Shown here: piece by piece, positions 9,054-17,098 of the stretch
How positions within the stretch are numbered: position 1 is the first letter of the stretch
How the letters are laid out: each line of letters begins with the position of its first letter
NCBI RefSeq assembly: GCF_000008465.1
Contig: NC_006512.1
Span: forward strand, 2,250,001 to 2,282,000
DNA: 32,000 nucleotides
From: Idiomarina loihiensis L2TR
Lineage (GTDB): Bacteria; Pseudomonadota; Gammaproteobacteria; Enterobacterales; Alteromonadaceae
Direction: 5' to 3'
Program-made: the position numbers and the translations under genes
The notes under the pieces: generated by a model
What the model saw: the letters and a program-made list of their open reading frames with translations, nothing else
Told to the model about the DNA's origin: nothing
Database searches by the model: none

Positions 9054-9898
9054 GAGAGCAAGTCCAGCATTTGGCGGTAGGATTTCTGCACAGACTCCTG
9101 CTGCCAAAAATCGTCGGTCTTAATTACCCCCAGCATTTGATACTCAACCAAAGTCACACTGTCCTTATTAGGTTTCACGTTTCCGGTTAACAAGCCAGCC
9201 AAATGCACAATGTCACAATAGTTCACGGTTATCGCATCGTTTAAGGTCATTCTGCCGTTGTAATAGCACAGCGGTACCTGCACCAGATTTGGCGTAAATT
9301 GCCAGTAGCTGAGAATATTACTGCCTAAAGTCGAGCTAAACTGGGTAATACACTCTTTAATAAAAGAAGGGTTGGCGAAACTGTCTTCAAATTCATTCGC
9401 CATATGCAAAATTGGGGCAACGCCAATGCGCGACACCATACCAGCTAACAATGCAACGTCCTGATGCAGCCGGTGCCCAATTCCTCTGTGTTGTAAGTCT
9501 TCGGTTATAACAACGGCTGCCGCCGCAATTTCTCTGCTTTCAACAATAAACTGCTGAGAAAACATCTGTACTATGTCATTGTCCGGCTTAAACACCTGCT
9601 CCATTGCCATTGCCAATGCCAGTGTCCGAATGCGCCGCATACCAATACGAGTTAACGCCTGCATTAAGCTCTCGGCTTTGTTTCTGCCGCCAAGGTACGC
9701 ACTATTCGCCAGGCGAATAAGCCGTGCTGTCAACGCGGTATCTTGCTGAATAATATGACAGAGATCGTGCAGGTTGCAGTCCGGATCCATGGCTGCGTTG
9801 CGCACTTGCTCTGCCGTTTCAGGTAAGCCGGGAAGTTTTAATTCATCACGTCTGAGTCGCTCGTCAATTAGCATGTATAGTGCATTTTGCGATGACAT
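9050..9898 (-). CDS. HDOD domain signalling protein
   Basis: HDOD signature: LPGLPETAEQVRNAAMDPDCNLHDLCHIIQQDTALTARLIRLANSAYL. The 282 aa protein overlaps the rdgC stop by 4 bp. Confidence 0.75.
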   Translation of the reverse strand: MSSQNALYMLIDERLRRDELKLPGLPETAEQVRNAAMDPDCNLHDLCHIIQQDTALTARLIRLANSAYLGGRNKAESLMQALTRIGMRRIRTLALAMAMEQVFKPDNDIVQMFSQQFIVESREIAAAAVVITEDLQHRGIGHRLHQDVALLAGMVSRIGVAPILHMANEFEDSFANPSFIKECITQFSSTLGSNILSYWQFTPNLVQVPLCYYNGRMTLNDAITVNYCDIVHLAGLLTGNVKPNKDSVTLVEYQMLGVIKTDDFWQQESVQKSYRQMLDLLS

Positions 9899-9995
9899 TT
9901 TATTTCCTTATTATTATGGTTTTCTTGCTTCTGAAAAAGCTTGGAAGTAGATTAACAGAACTTTACAACAACTCAATTTCTAGAAACGTCATATT

Positions 9996-11660
9996 ATGAA
10001 AAAAACACTTTTTAGCTTAGCACCACTAGCACTGGTTTTAATGGGTTGCAGCGAGCCACAAACCACCACACAAAACCCTGATAGCGGACAACAAAATAAC
10101 TACGAATTAGTTGAGGGGGCAGAACAAAGACTTGATATCTACACACCCTACCAACTAAAAACGGACCTGTCGCATTTATCAAACGAGCAGAAAAAAATGG
10201 TCGGTTTACTCATAGACGCGTCAAAAATTATGGACAACCTATTTTGGCAACAAGCGTTTCCGGGTGATAAACAAAAACTTTTAAACCAAGTGGAAGAAAA
10301 AGCCCGTGAGTTTACTGTTATTAACTACGGACCATGGGATAGGCTAAACAATAACCAGCCCTTCTTAACCGGTTTCGAAGACAAACCTGCAGGCGCCAAC
10401 TTTTACCCTGCCGACATGACCAAAACGGAATTTGAAAACGCCGAGCTTGCGAACAAAGACAGTTTATATACGTTGTTGCGTCGCAACGATGAAGGCGAAT
10501 TGAAAACAGTAGCCTACTCAGAGGCTTATAAAGAGTCTTTAACTAAAGCCGCTGATTTACTCCGCCAGGCTGCCGATTTAGCAGAAAACAAAGATTTTTC
10601 AGAGTACCTGCGTTTGCGCGCCGATGCTTTTTTAAGCAATGAATACCAACCTTCCGATATGGCCTGGATGGACATGACAGGTAACGATATTGATGTGGTT
10701 ATCGGTCCTATTGAAAATTATGAGGACCATTTATTTGGTTACAAAACCGCTTTTGAGTCTTACGTGTTAATAAAAGATAAGGCCTGGAGCCAGCGTCTGG
10801 AAAAGTATGCGGAGTATCTGCCGCAGTTACAGGAAGGTTTACCGGTTGAGCCCGCTTACAAAGCAGAAAAACCCGGCGCTAACGCTCAGCTAAACGCATA
10901 CGATGTTGTTTACTACGCAGGCCATTCAAATGCTGGCAGCAAAACCATTGCCATTAACCTGCCTAATGACGAAGAAGTTCAGTTAGAAAAAGGCACACGT
11001 CGTTTGCAGCTTAAAAATGCCATGCAAGCTAAGTTCGATAAAATACTAGTACCAATTGCCGCGCAGCTCATTGTGCCAGAGCAACGTGAAGACATTACCT
11101 TTAACGCCTTTTTCGCTAACACCATGTTCCACGAAGTGGCTCACGGCTTAGGCATTAAAAATACCCTGAATGACAAAGGCACCGTACGTTCAGCATTAAA
11201 AGAGCACGCTTCTGCTTTAGAAGAAGGAAAAGCGGATATTCTGGGCCTGTACATGGTGACTCAGTTATTTGAGCAAGGCGTTTTAGCCGAAGGCGAACTG
11301 AAAGACTACTACACCACCTTTATGGCCAGTATTTTCCGCTCAGTTCGTTTTGGTGCCTCAAGTGCACACGGCAAAGCCAACATGATCCGCTTTAATTACT
11401 TCGCCGACGCAGGCGCTTTCGATCGTAACGCCAGCGGTCAATACGCCATTAATATGGACAAAATGCGCGAAGCCATGAACAGCCTGTCAGAAAAAATACT
11501 GACACTGCAGGGCGACGGCGACTACAACGGCGTAGCTGAACTGGTTGCAACGCTAGGCGTTGTCAGCCCGCAACTAAAAGCCGACCTGGACAAACTAACC
11601 GACGCCGGCATACCGGTTGACGTCACCTTTGACCAGGGCAAAGAGGTGCTTGGGCTTTAA
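9996..11660 (+). CDS. Lipoprotein zinc metallopeptidase, dipeptidyl-peptidase III (M49)-like
   Basis: It has a lipobox (LVLMGCSE), the zinc motif HEVAH and a downstream EEGKAD. This arrangement resembles the two M49 zinc-binding motifs. Confidence 0.55.
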   Translation: MKKTLFSLAPLALVLMGCSEPQTTTQNPDSGQQNNYELVEGAEQRLDIYTPYQLKTDLSHLSNEQKKMVGLLIDASKIMDNLFWQQAFPGDKQKLLNQVEEKAREFTVINYGPWDRLNNNQPFLTGFEDKPAGANFYPADMTKTEFENAELANKDSLYTLLRRNDEGELKTVAYSEAYKESLTKAADLLRQAADLAENKDFSEYLRLRADAFLSNEYQPSDMAWMDMTGNDIDVVIGPIENYEDHLFGYKTAFESYVLIKDKAWSQRLEKYAEYLPQLQEGLPVEPAYKAEKPGANAQLNAYDVVYYAGHSNAGSKTIAINLPNDEEVQLEKGTRRLQLKNAMQAKFDKILVPIAAQLIVPEQREDITFNAFFANTMFHEVAHGLGIKNTLNDKGTVRSALKEHASALEEGKADILGLYMVTQLFEQGVLAEGELKDYYTTFMASIFRSVRFGASSAHGKANMIRFNYFADAGAFDRNASGQYAINMDKMREAMNSLSEKILTLQGDGDYNGVAELVATLGVVSPQLKADLDKLTDAGIPVDVTFDQGKEVLGL

Positions 11661-11675
11661 CTGGCATCGCGATAC

Positions 11676-11697
11676 GTAGCCTGACATTTATGTCAGG
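11676..11697 (+). repeat. 22 bp REP-like unit GTAGCCTGACATTTATGTCAGG. The hairpin is CCTGACAT/ATGTCAGG with a TT centre, 11680-11697.
   Basis: The palindrome lies 16 bp after the peptidase stop. The same unit recurs at 16319-16340 and, inverted, at 16353-16374. Confidence 0.8.
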
Positions 11698-11854
11698 TGG
11701 GATGTTGAACCAAGAGCGCTGAGGCTACAGGAGCTACTGTGGAGGACGCCCGTGAATACATCCCTGTAGGGCTTGGGCAGCGCCATCCATGGCGCTGCAC
11801 ACCTCCACAGTAGCTCCCGTAGCCGTCGGGCGCGCTCGTGGCTTAACATCCCAC
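11697..11854 (-). repeat. Long imperfect palindrome, copy E1 (158 bp), in the opposite orientation to E2 and E3
   Basis: The arms GTGGGATGTT...GGCTACAGGAGCTACTGTGGAGG and CCTCCACAGTAGCTCCCGTAGCC...AACATCCCAC pair. The central hairpin is CAGCGCCAT-CC-ATGGCGCTG. The core aligns to the reverse complement of the E2 core. Confidence 0.8.
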
Positions 11855-11873
11855 CCAACACCAGTGGCAGATA

Positions 11874-12029
11874 GGGCCGGTTGCTCACTTGTTTCGCTTG
11901 AGTGTTGAATCTCCTGTGGCGGAGTGTCGAAGGCCAAGGATGGCCTTCGTCAAGCGTTCATGGATGAACTCGTAGCGTCTCCGCCACAGGAGGTTCAATG
12001 CTCAAGCGAAACAAGTGACAACCGGCCCC
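11874..12029 (+). repeat. Long imperfect palindrome, copy E2 (156 bp)
   Basis: The arms GGGCCGGTTGCTCACTTGTTTCGCTTGAGTGTTGAATCTCCTGTGGCGGAG and CTCCGCCACAGGAGGTTCAATGCTCAAGCGAAACAAGTGACAACCGGCCCC pair. The core contains two sub-hairpins, CGAAGGCCA-AGGA-TGGCCTTCG and GTTCAT-GG-ATGAAC. Confidence 0.85.
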
Positions 12030-12049
12030 TTCTCACTGTTGCACCTTCT

Positions 12050-12089
12050 ACATATTCGATCTACCATATATATGAAATATCGAATATGT
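12050..12089. promoter_or_regulatory. Candidate ArsR operator overlapping a sigma70-like promoter
   Basis: A perfect 11 bp inverted repeat, ACATATTCGAT (12050-12060) and ATCGAATATGT (12079-12089), has an 18 bp AT-rich spacer. It sits immediately upstream of and overlapping the arsCR start region. A possible -35 TTGCAC (12039-12044) and -10 TACCAT (12062-12067) are spaced 17 bp apart. Confidence 0.5.
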
Positions 12090-12831
12090 GATGATGCCCA
12101 TGACCAAGAAGGTTCTGTTTCTCTGTACCGCCAACTCGGCTCGCTCTTTAATGGCCGAAGCCATTTTGCGACAGTTTGGTAATGATGAGCTGGAAGTTTA
12201 CAGTGCAGGCACTGAACCAACCCAGCCTGAACCTAAAGCTCTTGAAGCGCTGCAAGCCCTCGGGGTTAGTACCGAAGGGTTAAGCTCAAAGGCCGTTTCA
12301 GATTTAAGCATCGATGAATTTGATTACGTTATCAGCTTATGCGACCGCGCCCGCTCTGAATGCCAGCTACAATACAAAGAGAACCACTTTATAGCCTGGG
12401 ACTTTCCCGACCCGGTAAGCAGCAAAAAAACCAATGCCTTTAAGAAGACCGCTCATGAGTTAAGTGACCGCATTAAGATGTTTTTGCTCATTTTGCGCAA
12501 GAACAGTGACAAGCCACATTTATTTAATGCACCGGAAGACTTCTTCAAGATCATGGCAGACCCGCTACGCTTAACCATGATAAGCCTGTTAGCCAAGCAC
12601 AAAGAGCTGTGTGTGTGCGAGTTTGTTGATGCTACCGCCATGTCGCAGCCTAAAGTGTCGCGCCACCTGGCTCAACTGCGCGAATATGGGCTGCTGATTG
12701 ACCGCAAAGACCAGCGCTGGGTTTACTACCAGCTGAATCCGGCACTACCTGACTGGATGCGTAAAATCATTATTACCACCGCCGACTATAACCCCCAACT
12801 GATAAAGGATATCGATAATGGGTGTGTTTGA
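12088..12831 (+). CDS. Fusion protein: N-terminal LMW-PTP-type (thioredoxin-coupled) arsenate reductase ArsC, C-terminal ArsR/SmtB metalloregulator
   Basis: The N-terminal domain has the P-loop [11 protein letters not shown] and the distal Cys pair [10 protein letters not shown], 7 residues apart as in the Cys82/Cys89 arrangement. The C-terminal domain has the ELCVCEF As(III)-site motif and a winged HTH ([19 protein letters not shown]...RWVYYQL). The track start 12088 is GTG. ATGs at 12091, 12094 and 12100 are alternatives. Confidence 0.85.
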   Translation: MMMPMTKKVLFLCTANSARSLMAEAILRQFGNDELEVYSAGTEPTQPEPKALEALQALGVSTEGLSSKAVSDLSIDEFDYVISLCDRARSECQLQYKENHFIAWDFPDPVSSKKTNAFKKTAHELSDRIKMFLLILRKNSDKPHLFNAPEDFFKIMADPLRLTMISLLAKHKELCVCEFVDATAMSQPKVSRHLAQLREYGLLIDRKDQRWVYYQLNPALPDWMRKIIITTADYNPQLIKDIDNGCV

Positions 12832-13858
12832 ACGTTTTCTCTCTGCCTGGGTAGCCTTAGCTATTATTGCAGGAACGGCCCTGGGGAGCTTATTTCCAAG
12901 CGCTTTCGAATGGCTTTCAGCTTTTGAGTTTGCTCAGGTTAATTTAATTATTGCGGTACTTATCTGGCTGATGATTTACCCCGTCATGGTGCAGGTTAAC
13001 TTTGCTGCTATCACACAAATAGCGAAAGAGCCCAAAGGTTTAATTCTGACGGTTGTTATTAACTGGCTGGTGAAACCTTTTACCATGGCGTTGGTAGGCT
13101 GGTTATTCTTCAAAGGTATATTTGCCGACTTTATTGAACCCGAAACCGCAAACGAATACCTGGCCGGAGTCATTCTATTAGGCGTTGCACCCTGTACTGC
13201 CATGGTTTTTATCTGGAGCCAGCTGACCAAAGGCGATGCTAACTACACGCTGGTACAGGTGTCGGTTAACGATATTATTATGATTTTCGCGTTCGCGCCC
13301 ATTGCAGCCTTGTTACTTGGTGTTACCGATATCATTGTGCCCTGGCAAACCCTGCTATTAAGCGTTGGCCTTTACGTTATTGCTCCGCTTATTGCCGGGT
13401 TTATAACGCGCCGGTACATCACCCGCTCAAATTCAGACAGCGATAATGACAACAATAAAGCGCTGACCAATTTCGACCAGACTATGAAACCCTGGTCAAT
13501 TGTGGGCCTGCTTCTTACTGTAGTGCTGTTATTTGGTTTTCAGGCTGAGGTTTTGCTGACCCGTCCGCTGGATATCGCCATGATTGCTACGCCATTATTG
13601 GTACAGACGTACGGCATTTTTGCTATTACCTTTATTATTGCGTTATTAATTAAGCTGCCTTACCGCATTGCGGCTCCGGCCTGCTTAATTGGTACCTCAA
13701 ACTTTTTCGAGTTAGCAGTAGCCGTAGCTATTTCACTATTTGGTTTGCAGTCCGGCGCAGCGCTAGCCACGGTTGTTGGCGTGCTGGTAGAAGTACCGGT
13801 AATGCTCTCATTAGTCTGGTTCGCGAATAAAACCAAACACTGGTTTGCATCAAGTTAA
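12818..13858 (+). CDS. acr3: Acr3-family arsenite efflux permease
   Basis: The 346 aa protein has about 10 TM segments and Acr3-typical motifs ([35 protein letters not shown]). It overlaps the arsCR stop by 14 bp. Confidence 0.9.
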   Translation: MGVFERFLSAWVALAIIAGTALGSLFPSAFEWLSAFEFAQVNLIIAVLIWLMIYPVMVQVNFAAITQIAKEPKGLILTVVINWLVKPFTMALVGWLFFKGIFADFIEPETANEYLAGVILLGVAPCTAMVFIWSQLTKGDANYTLVQVSVNDIIMIFAFAPIAALLLGVTDIIVPWQTLLLSVGLYVIAPLIAGFITRRYITRSNSDSDNDNNKALTNFDQTMKPWSIVGLLLTVVLLFGFQAEVLLTRPLDIAMIATPLLVQTYGIFAITFIIALLIKLPYRIAAPACLIGTSNFFELAVAVAISLFGLQSGAALATVVGVLVEVPVMLSLVWFANKTKHWFASS

Positions 13859-13895
13859 GGCGTGGAGTGATGAGCGCAAAAAACCTTTAGATATG

Positions 13896-14060
13896 GGAGG
13901 GGGAGTTTGTTGTCTTGTAAGCGTTATGAGTGTTGCGCCCCCTATGGTGGAGTGTCGAAGGCCAAGGATGGCCTTCGTCAAGCCCTCATGGATGAGCTTG
14001 TAGCGTCTCCGCCATAGGGGGCGCAATGCTCAAGCGAAACAAGACAGCAAACTCCCCCCC
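13896..14060 (+). repeat. Long imperfect palindrome, copy E3 (about 165 bp)
   Basis: The arms GGAGGGGGAGTTTGTTGTCTTG...TGTTGCGCCCCCTATGGTGGAG and CTCCGCCATAGGGGGCGCAATGCTCAAGCGAAACAAGACAGCAAACTCCCCCCC pair. Its core matches E2 over about 62 nt, including 36 consecutive identical nt (GGAGTGTCGAAGGCCAAGGATGGCCTTCGTCAAGC). Confidence 0.85.
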
Positions 14061-14105
14061 AAGCCCAAAAGCAGGCAGGTAAGAGATACACAAAAGGAGT
14101 CTTTT

Positions 14106-15101
14106 ATGACGATTAAGGTTGGAATTAACGGTTTGGGTCGTATTGGTCGTTTGGCGCTTCGCGTGGCATGGGAAAACCCTGACCTGGAAATTGTTCAGGT
14201 GAATGACCCGGGTGCTGATGCGGCTACTTTTGCACACTTGCTGAATTTTGACTCGGTGCATGGTCGCTGGGGTTATGAAGCCGAAGCTCAGGACAACGCC
14301 ATTCAAATTGGTGATGAACGCATAGCTTTCACTCAACACAAAACCATTGCCGAGAACGACTGGAGTGGTTGTGATGTGGTTTTAGAAGCCTCCGGCAAGA
14401 TGAAAACCGTGAAGGTGCTTAACGACTACCTGTCGCAGGGCGTTAAACGTGTGGTGGTATCAGCTCCGGTCAAAGAACCCGGCGCGCTGAACATTGTTTT
14501 GGGCGTTAACGACCACCTTTACGATCCGGAAAAGCATCAGATACTCACCGCCGCGTCCTGCACCACCAACTGTCTGGCACCTGTGGTCAAAGTACTGCAG
14601 GACAAAATTGGTATTAAGCACGCGTCAATTACCACCATTCACGATTTAACCAACACCCAGACCATTCTGGATGCACCACACAAAGACTTACGCCGTGCCC
14701 GTGCCTGCGGCATGAGCTTAATTCCTACATCTACCGGTTCAGCAACGGCCATTGTGGAAATTTTCCCGGAGCTGAAGGATAAAATCGACGGCCACGCAGT
14801 ACGTGTACCTTTAGCAAACGCGTCATTAACCGACTGCGTGTTCGAAGTGAAGAAATCCACCAGCGTGGAGGAAATTAATGGCTGGATGAAAGAGGCCGCC
14901 GAAGGCGAACTCAAAGGCATTCTGGGATATGAAGAGCGTCCGTTAGTATCAATAGATTACAAAACCGACCCTCGCTCAAGCATAGTCGATGCTCTGTCGA
15001 CTAAGGTTATTAACGGCACGCACGTGAAAATTTATGCCTGGTACGACAATGAATGGGGTTATGCCAACCGCGCAGTTGAACTGGTGGAAAAAGTCGGCTA
15101 A
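14106..15101 (+). CDS. gap: Type I glyceraldehyde-3-phosphate dehydrogenase, ars-linked paralogue partnered with ArsJ
   Basis: Evidence includes the Rossmann N-terminus INGLGRIGR, the catalytic SCTTNCLAP and the C-terminal WYDNEWGY. A strong AAGGAG Shine-Dalgarno precedes it, and its stop overlaps the arsJ start (TAATG). Confidence 0.9.
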   Translation: MTIKVGINGLGRIGRLALRVAWENPDLEIVQVNDPGADAATFAHLLNFDSVHGRWGYEAEAQDNAIQIGDERIAFTQHKTIAENDWSGCDVVLEASGKMKTVKVLNDYLSQGVKRVVVSAPVKEPGALNIVLGVNDHLYDPEKHQILTAASCTTNCLAPVVKVLQDKIGIKHASITTIHDLTNTQTILDAPHKDLRRARACGMSLIPTSTGSATAIVEIFPELKDKIDGHAVRVPLANASLTDCVFEVKKSTSVEEINGWMKEAAEGELKGILGYEERPLVSIDYKTDPRSSIVDALSTKVINGTHVKIYAWYDNEWGYANRAVELVEKVG

Positions 15102-16312
15102 TGCTCAGTCAGCTGTCGCCGGCTATACGCCAATACTTAATTGTTACGGGTAACTACTGGGCTTTTACCCTGACTGATGGCGCGCTGCGCATGCTGGTGG
15201 TGCTGCACTTCCACCAGTTGGGTTACAGTGCGCTGGAAGTGGCTATGCTGTTTCTGTTCTACGAGTTTTTCGGCATAGTCACTAACTTATTTGGTGGCTG
15301 GCTGGGCGCTCGTTGGGGGCTCAACAGAACCATGAATATTGGGCTTGGCATACAGATTGTGGCGCTTGCCATGCTGCTGGTACCGGGTTCTATGCTCACC
15401 GTCATTTGGGTGATGGCCGCCCAGGCGTTGTCTGGCATTGCCAAAGATCTCAATAAAATGAGCGCCAAAAGCACCATTAAGCTACTGGTGCCTGACGACA
15501 AACAAGGTCAGCTGTATAAATGGGTCGCGATACTCACCGGCTCAAAAAACACCTTAAAAGGCGTTGGCTTTTTCCTTGGTGGACTCCTGCTTACCTTAAT
15601 GGGTTTTCAGGGCGCGGTACTGGCTATGGCAATAGTGCTGGCGGTTGTGTGGACAGGCAGTCTTATTTTCCTGAAAAAAGAGTCGGGCAAAGCTAAGTTC
15701 AAACCCAAGTTTAAAGACATTTTATCCAAAAGCCGGCCTATCAATATTTTATCGGGTGCCCGTTTTCTGCTCTTTGGTGCCCGCGACGTCTGGTTTGTGG
15801 TGGCCTTGCCGGTGTTCTTAGCCAGCCAGCTTAACTGGAACCACTGGCAAGTCGGCTGTTTTCTCGCACTTTGGGTTATTGGCTATGGCTTTGTACAAAG
15901 TGTTGCGCCTAAATTCACAAAAACGGGCAATGATGTACCGAAAACTCAGACTGTTGTATGGAATGCGCTACTGACTCTTAGCCCTCTAGCACTTGCTCTG
16001 GCGCTTTGGCAGGGCTTACCCGTTACCCAGAGCATTATTATTGGCTTAGGGCTGTTCGGCATTCTGTTTGCCATTAATTCGTCGCTGCACAGTTACCTTA
16101 TTGTCTCTTACTCACGCGCCGACGGGGTATCTTTGGACGTTGGTTTTTACTACATGGCCAACGCAGCCGGGCGTCTAATGGGTACCGTTTTATCCGGCTG
16201 GGTGTATCAGCAATGGGGGCTGGTCGCTTGCCTAATGATATCAACACTGTTATTGCTATTATCCACGGCTGCAATTAGCTTTTTGCCCGAGCGGGAACAG
16301 CATCGCGTCTGA
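15101..16312 (+). CDS. arsJ: ArsJ, MFS organoarsenical (1-arseno-3-phosphoglycerate) efflux permease
   Basis: This 403 aa MFS protein is translationally coupled to the ars-linked GAPDH and sits in an ars context. Confidence 0.8.
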   Translation: MLSQLSPAIRQYLIVTGNYWAFTLTDGALRMLVVLHFHQLGYSALEVAMLFLFYEFFGIVTNLFGGWLGARWGLNRTMNIGLGIQIVALAMLLVPGSMLTVIWVMAAQALSGIAKDLNKMSAKSTIKLLVPDDKQGQLYKWVAILTGSKNTLKGVGFFLGGLLLTLMGFQGAVLAMAIVLAVVWTGSLIFLKKESGKAKFKPKFKDILSKSRPINILSGARFLLFGARDVWFVVALPVFLASQLNWNHWQVGCFLALWVIGYGFVQSVAPKFTKTGNDVPKTQTVVWNALLTLSPLALALALWQGLPVTQSIIIGLGLFGILFAINSSLHSYLIVSYSRADGVSLDVGFYYMANAAGRLMGTVLSGWVYQQWGLVACLMISTLLLLLSTAAISFLPEREQHRV

Positions 16313-16318
16313 TAAGTC

Positions 16319-16374
16319 GTAGTCTGACATTCATGTCAGGTGCGATATCTGACCTGACGTAAATGTCAGGCTAC
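16319..16374. repeat. Inverted pair of the 22 bp REP-like unit (BIME-like arrangement)
   Basis: GTAGTCTGACATTCATGTCAGG (16319-16340, + orientation) and CCTGACGTAAATGTCAGGCTAC (16353-16374, - orientation) are separated by 12 bp. The pair lies directly after the arsJ stop. Confidence 0.8.
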
Positions 16375-16389
16375 TATTAAGGAACCACA

Positions 16390-17067
16390 ATGAAATATTT
16401 AGTGTTTTTAGGTACGGTACGTGACAGTACGCCACCCAAGCCAGCCAGATTGGGCGAACGTGTGGCAAAGGCCTGCGTTAATTACCTGGAACAAAGCTTC
16501 GATAACGCAGAAGTAGAACTTATTGACCCTTTAGATTACCCATTTGAGGATGTTTTTAAGCCACATTTTTCATACCATGAAAAAGACGTTCCCGAACAGT
16601 TAGACGCTCTGGCTAAAAAGATTGAAGCCGCCGATGCTTACGTTATGGTAAGCCCTGAGTACAACCACTCCATGAGTCCGGCTTTAGCAAATTTACTGAA
16701 CCACTTCGGTGCGTCGTTGTACTCCTATAAACCCAGTGCCATTGTGACTTATTCGGCTGGTCAGTGGGGTGGCGTTCGCGCTGCGGTTAACATGCGCACC
16801 TTCCTGTCTGAATTAGGCTGCCTGCCGGTATCCGCTATGATCCACGTGCCTAAAGCGCAAACAGTATTTGAGGAAAACGGCAAATTCACTCAGGAGGTTG
16901 AGGACACTGAGCGCTGGATCCAGTATTTCGGGCGCACTCTGAATCAGCTATGCTGGTGGGCCGAGGCGGCACAAAAGCAACGCGAAGCACTGAACCCGCA
17001 CAAGCTGGTCAGCGACTTTAAAAGTGACCCGTCACAACGCAATGCGCCAGACAGCGACCGAAAATAA
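16390..17067 (+). CDS. NAD(P)H-dependent FMN reductase family flavoprotein
   Basis: The flavodoxin-like N-terminus (KYLVFLGTVRDS) and the motif MVSPEYNHSMSPALANLLNH are typical of the FMN_red family. Confidence 0.7.
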   Translation: MKYLVFLGTVRDSTPPKPARLGERVAKACVNYLEQSFDNAEVELIDPLDYPFEDVFKPHFSYHEKDVPEQLDALAKKIEAADAYVMVSPEYNHSMSPALANLLNHFGASLYSYKPSAIVTYSAGQWGGVRAAVNMRTFLSELGCLPVSAMIHVPKAQTVFEENGKFTQEVEDTERWIQYFGRTLNQLCWWAEAAQKQREALNPHKLVSDFKSDPSQRNAPDSDRK

Positions 17068-17082
17068 TTTTTCGGTTGTAGT

Positions 17083-17098
17083 TGGCACATTTTATGCT
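17083..17098 (+). promoter_or_regulatory. Sigma54-type promoter candidate (-24 GG, -12 GC)
   Basis: TGGCACATTTTATGCT matches TGGCAC-N5-TTGCW in spacing and in all but one core position. It lies about 180 bp upstream of the SulP start. Confidence 0.35.

Noticed and set aside
11688-12220. Three 66-72 aa minus-strand ORFs in the peptidase-ars intergenic region
   Set aside because: They run through palindromic repeats E1 and E2, where both strands stay open by symmetry. They have no ribosome-binding sites and low-complexity products.
11697-14060. Whether the long palindromes are integron attC sites and the ars genes are cassettes
   Set aside because: E1 contains GTTGAAC and GCTTAAC near its ends, which resemble attC core motifs. 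They occur in the order GTTRRRY...RYYYAAC, the reverse of an attC (RYYYAAC...GTTRRRY). The motif is not conserved in E2 or E3, no intI gene is in the window, and the multi-gene ars operons are not cassette-like.
13986-14339. 117 aa minus-strand ORF spanning repeat E3 and the gapdh start
   Set aside because: It overlaps the strongly supported GAPDH N-terminus and a repeat, so it is a shadow ORF.
16390-17067. Calling the FMN reductase next to the ars block ArsH
   Set aside because: It belongs to the NADPH-dependent FMN reductase fold. Its N-terminal region (LVFLGTVRDSTPPKPARLG) does not look like the ArsH sequences I remember. It also lies outside the REP-bracketed block, so only the family-level call is kept.
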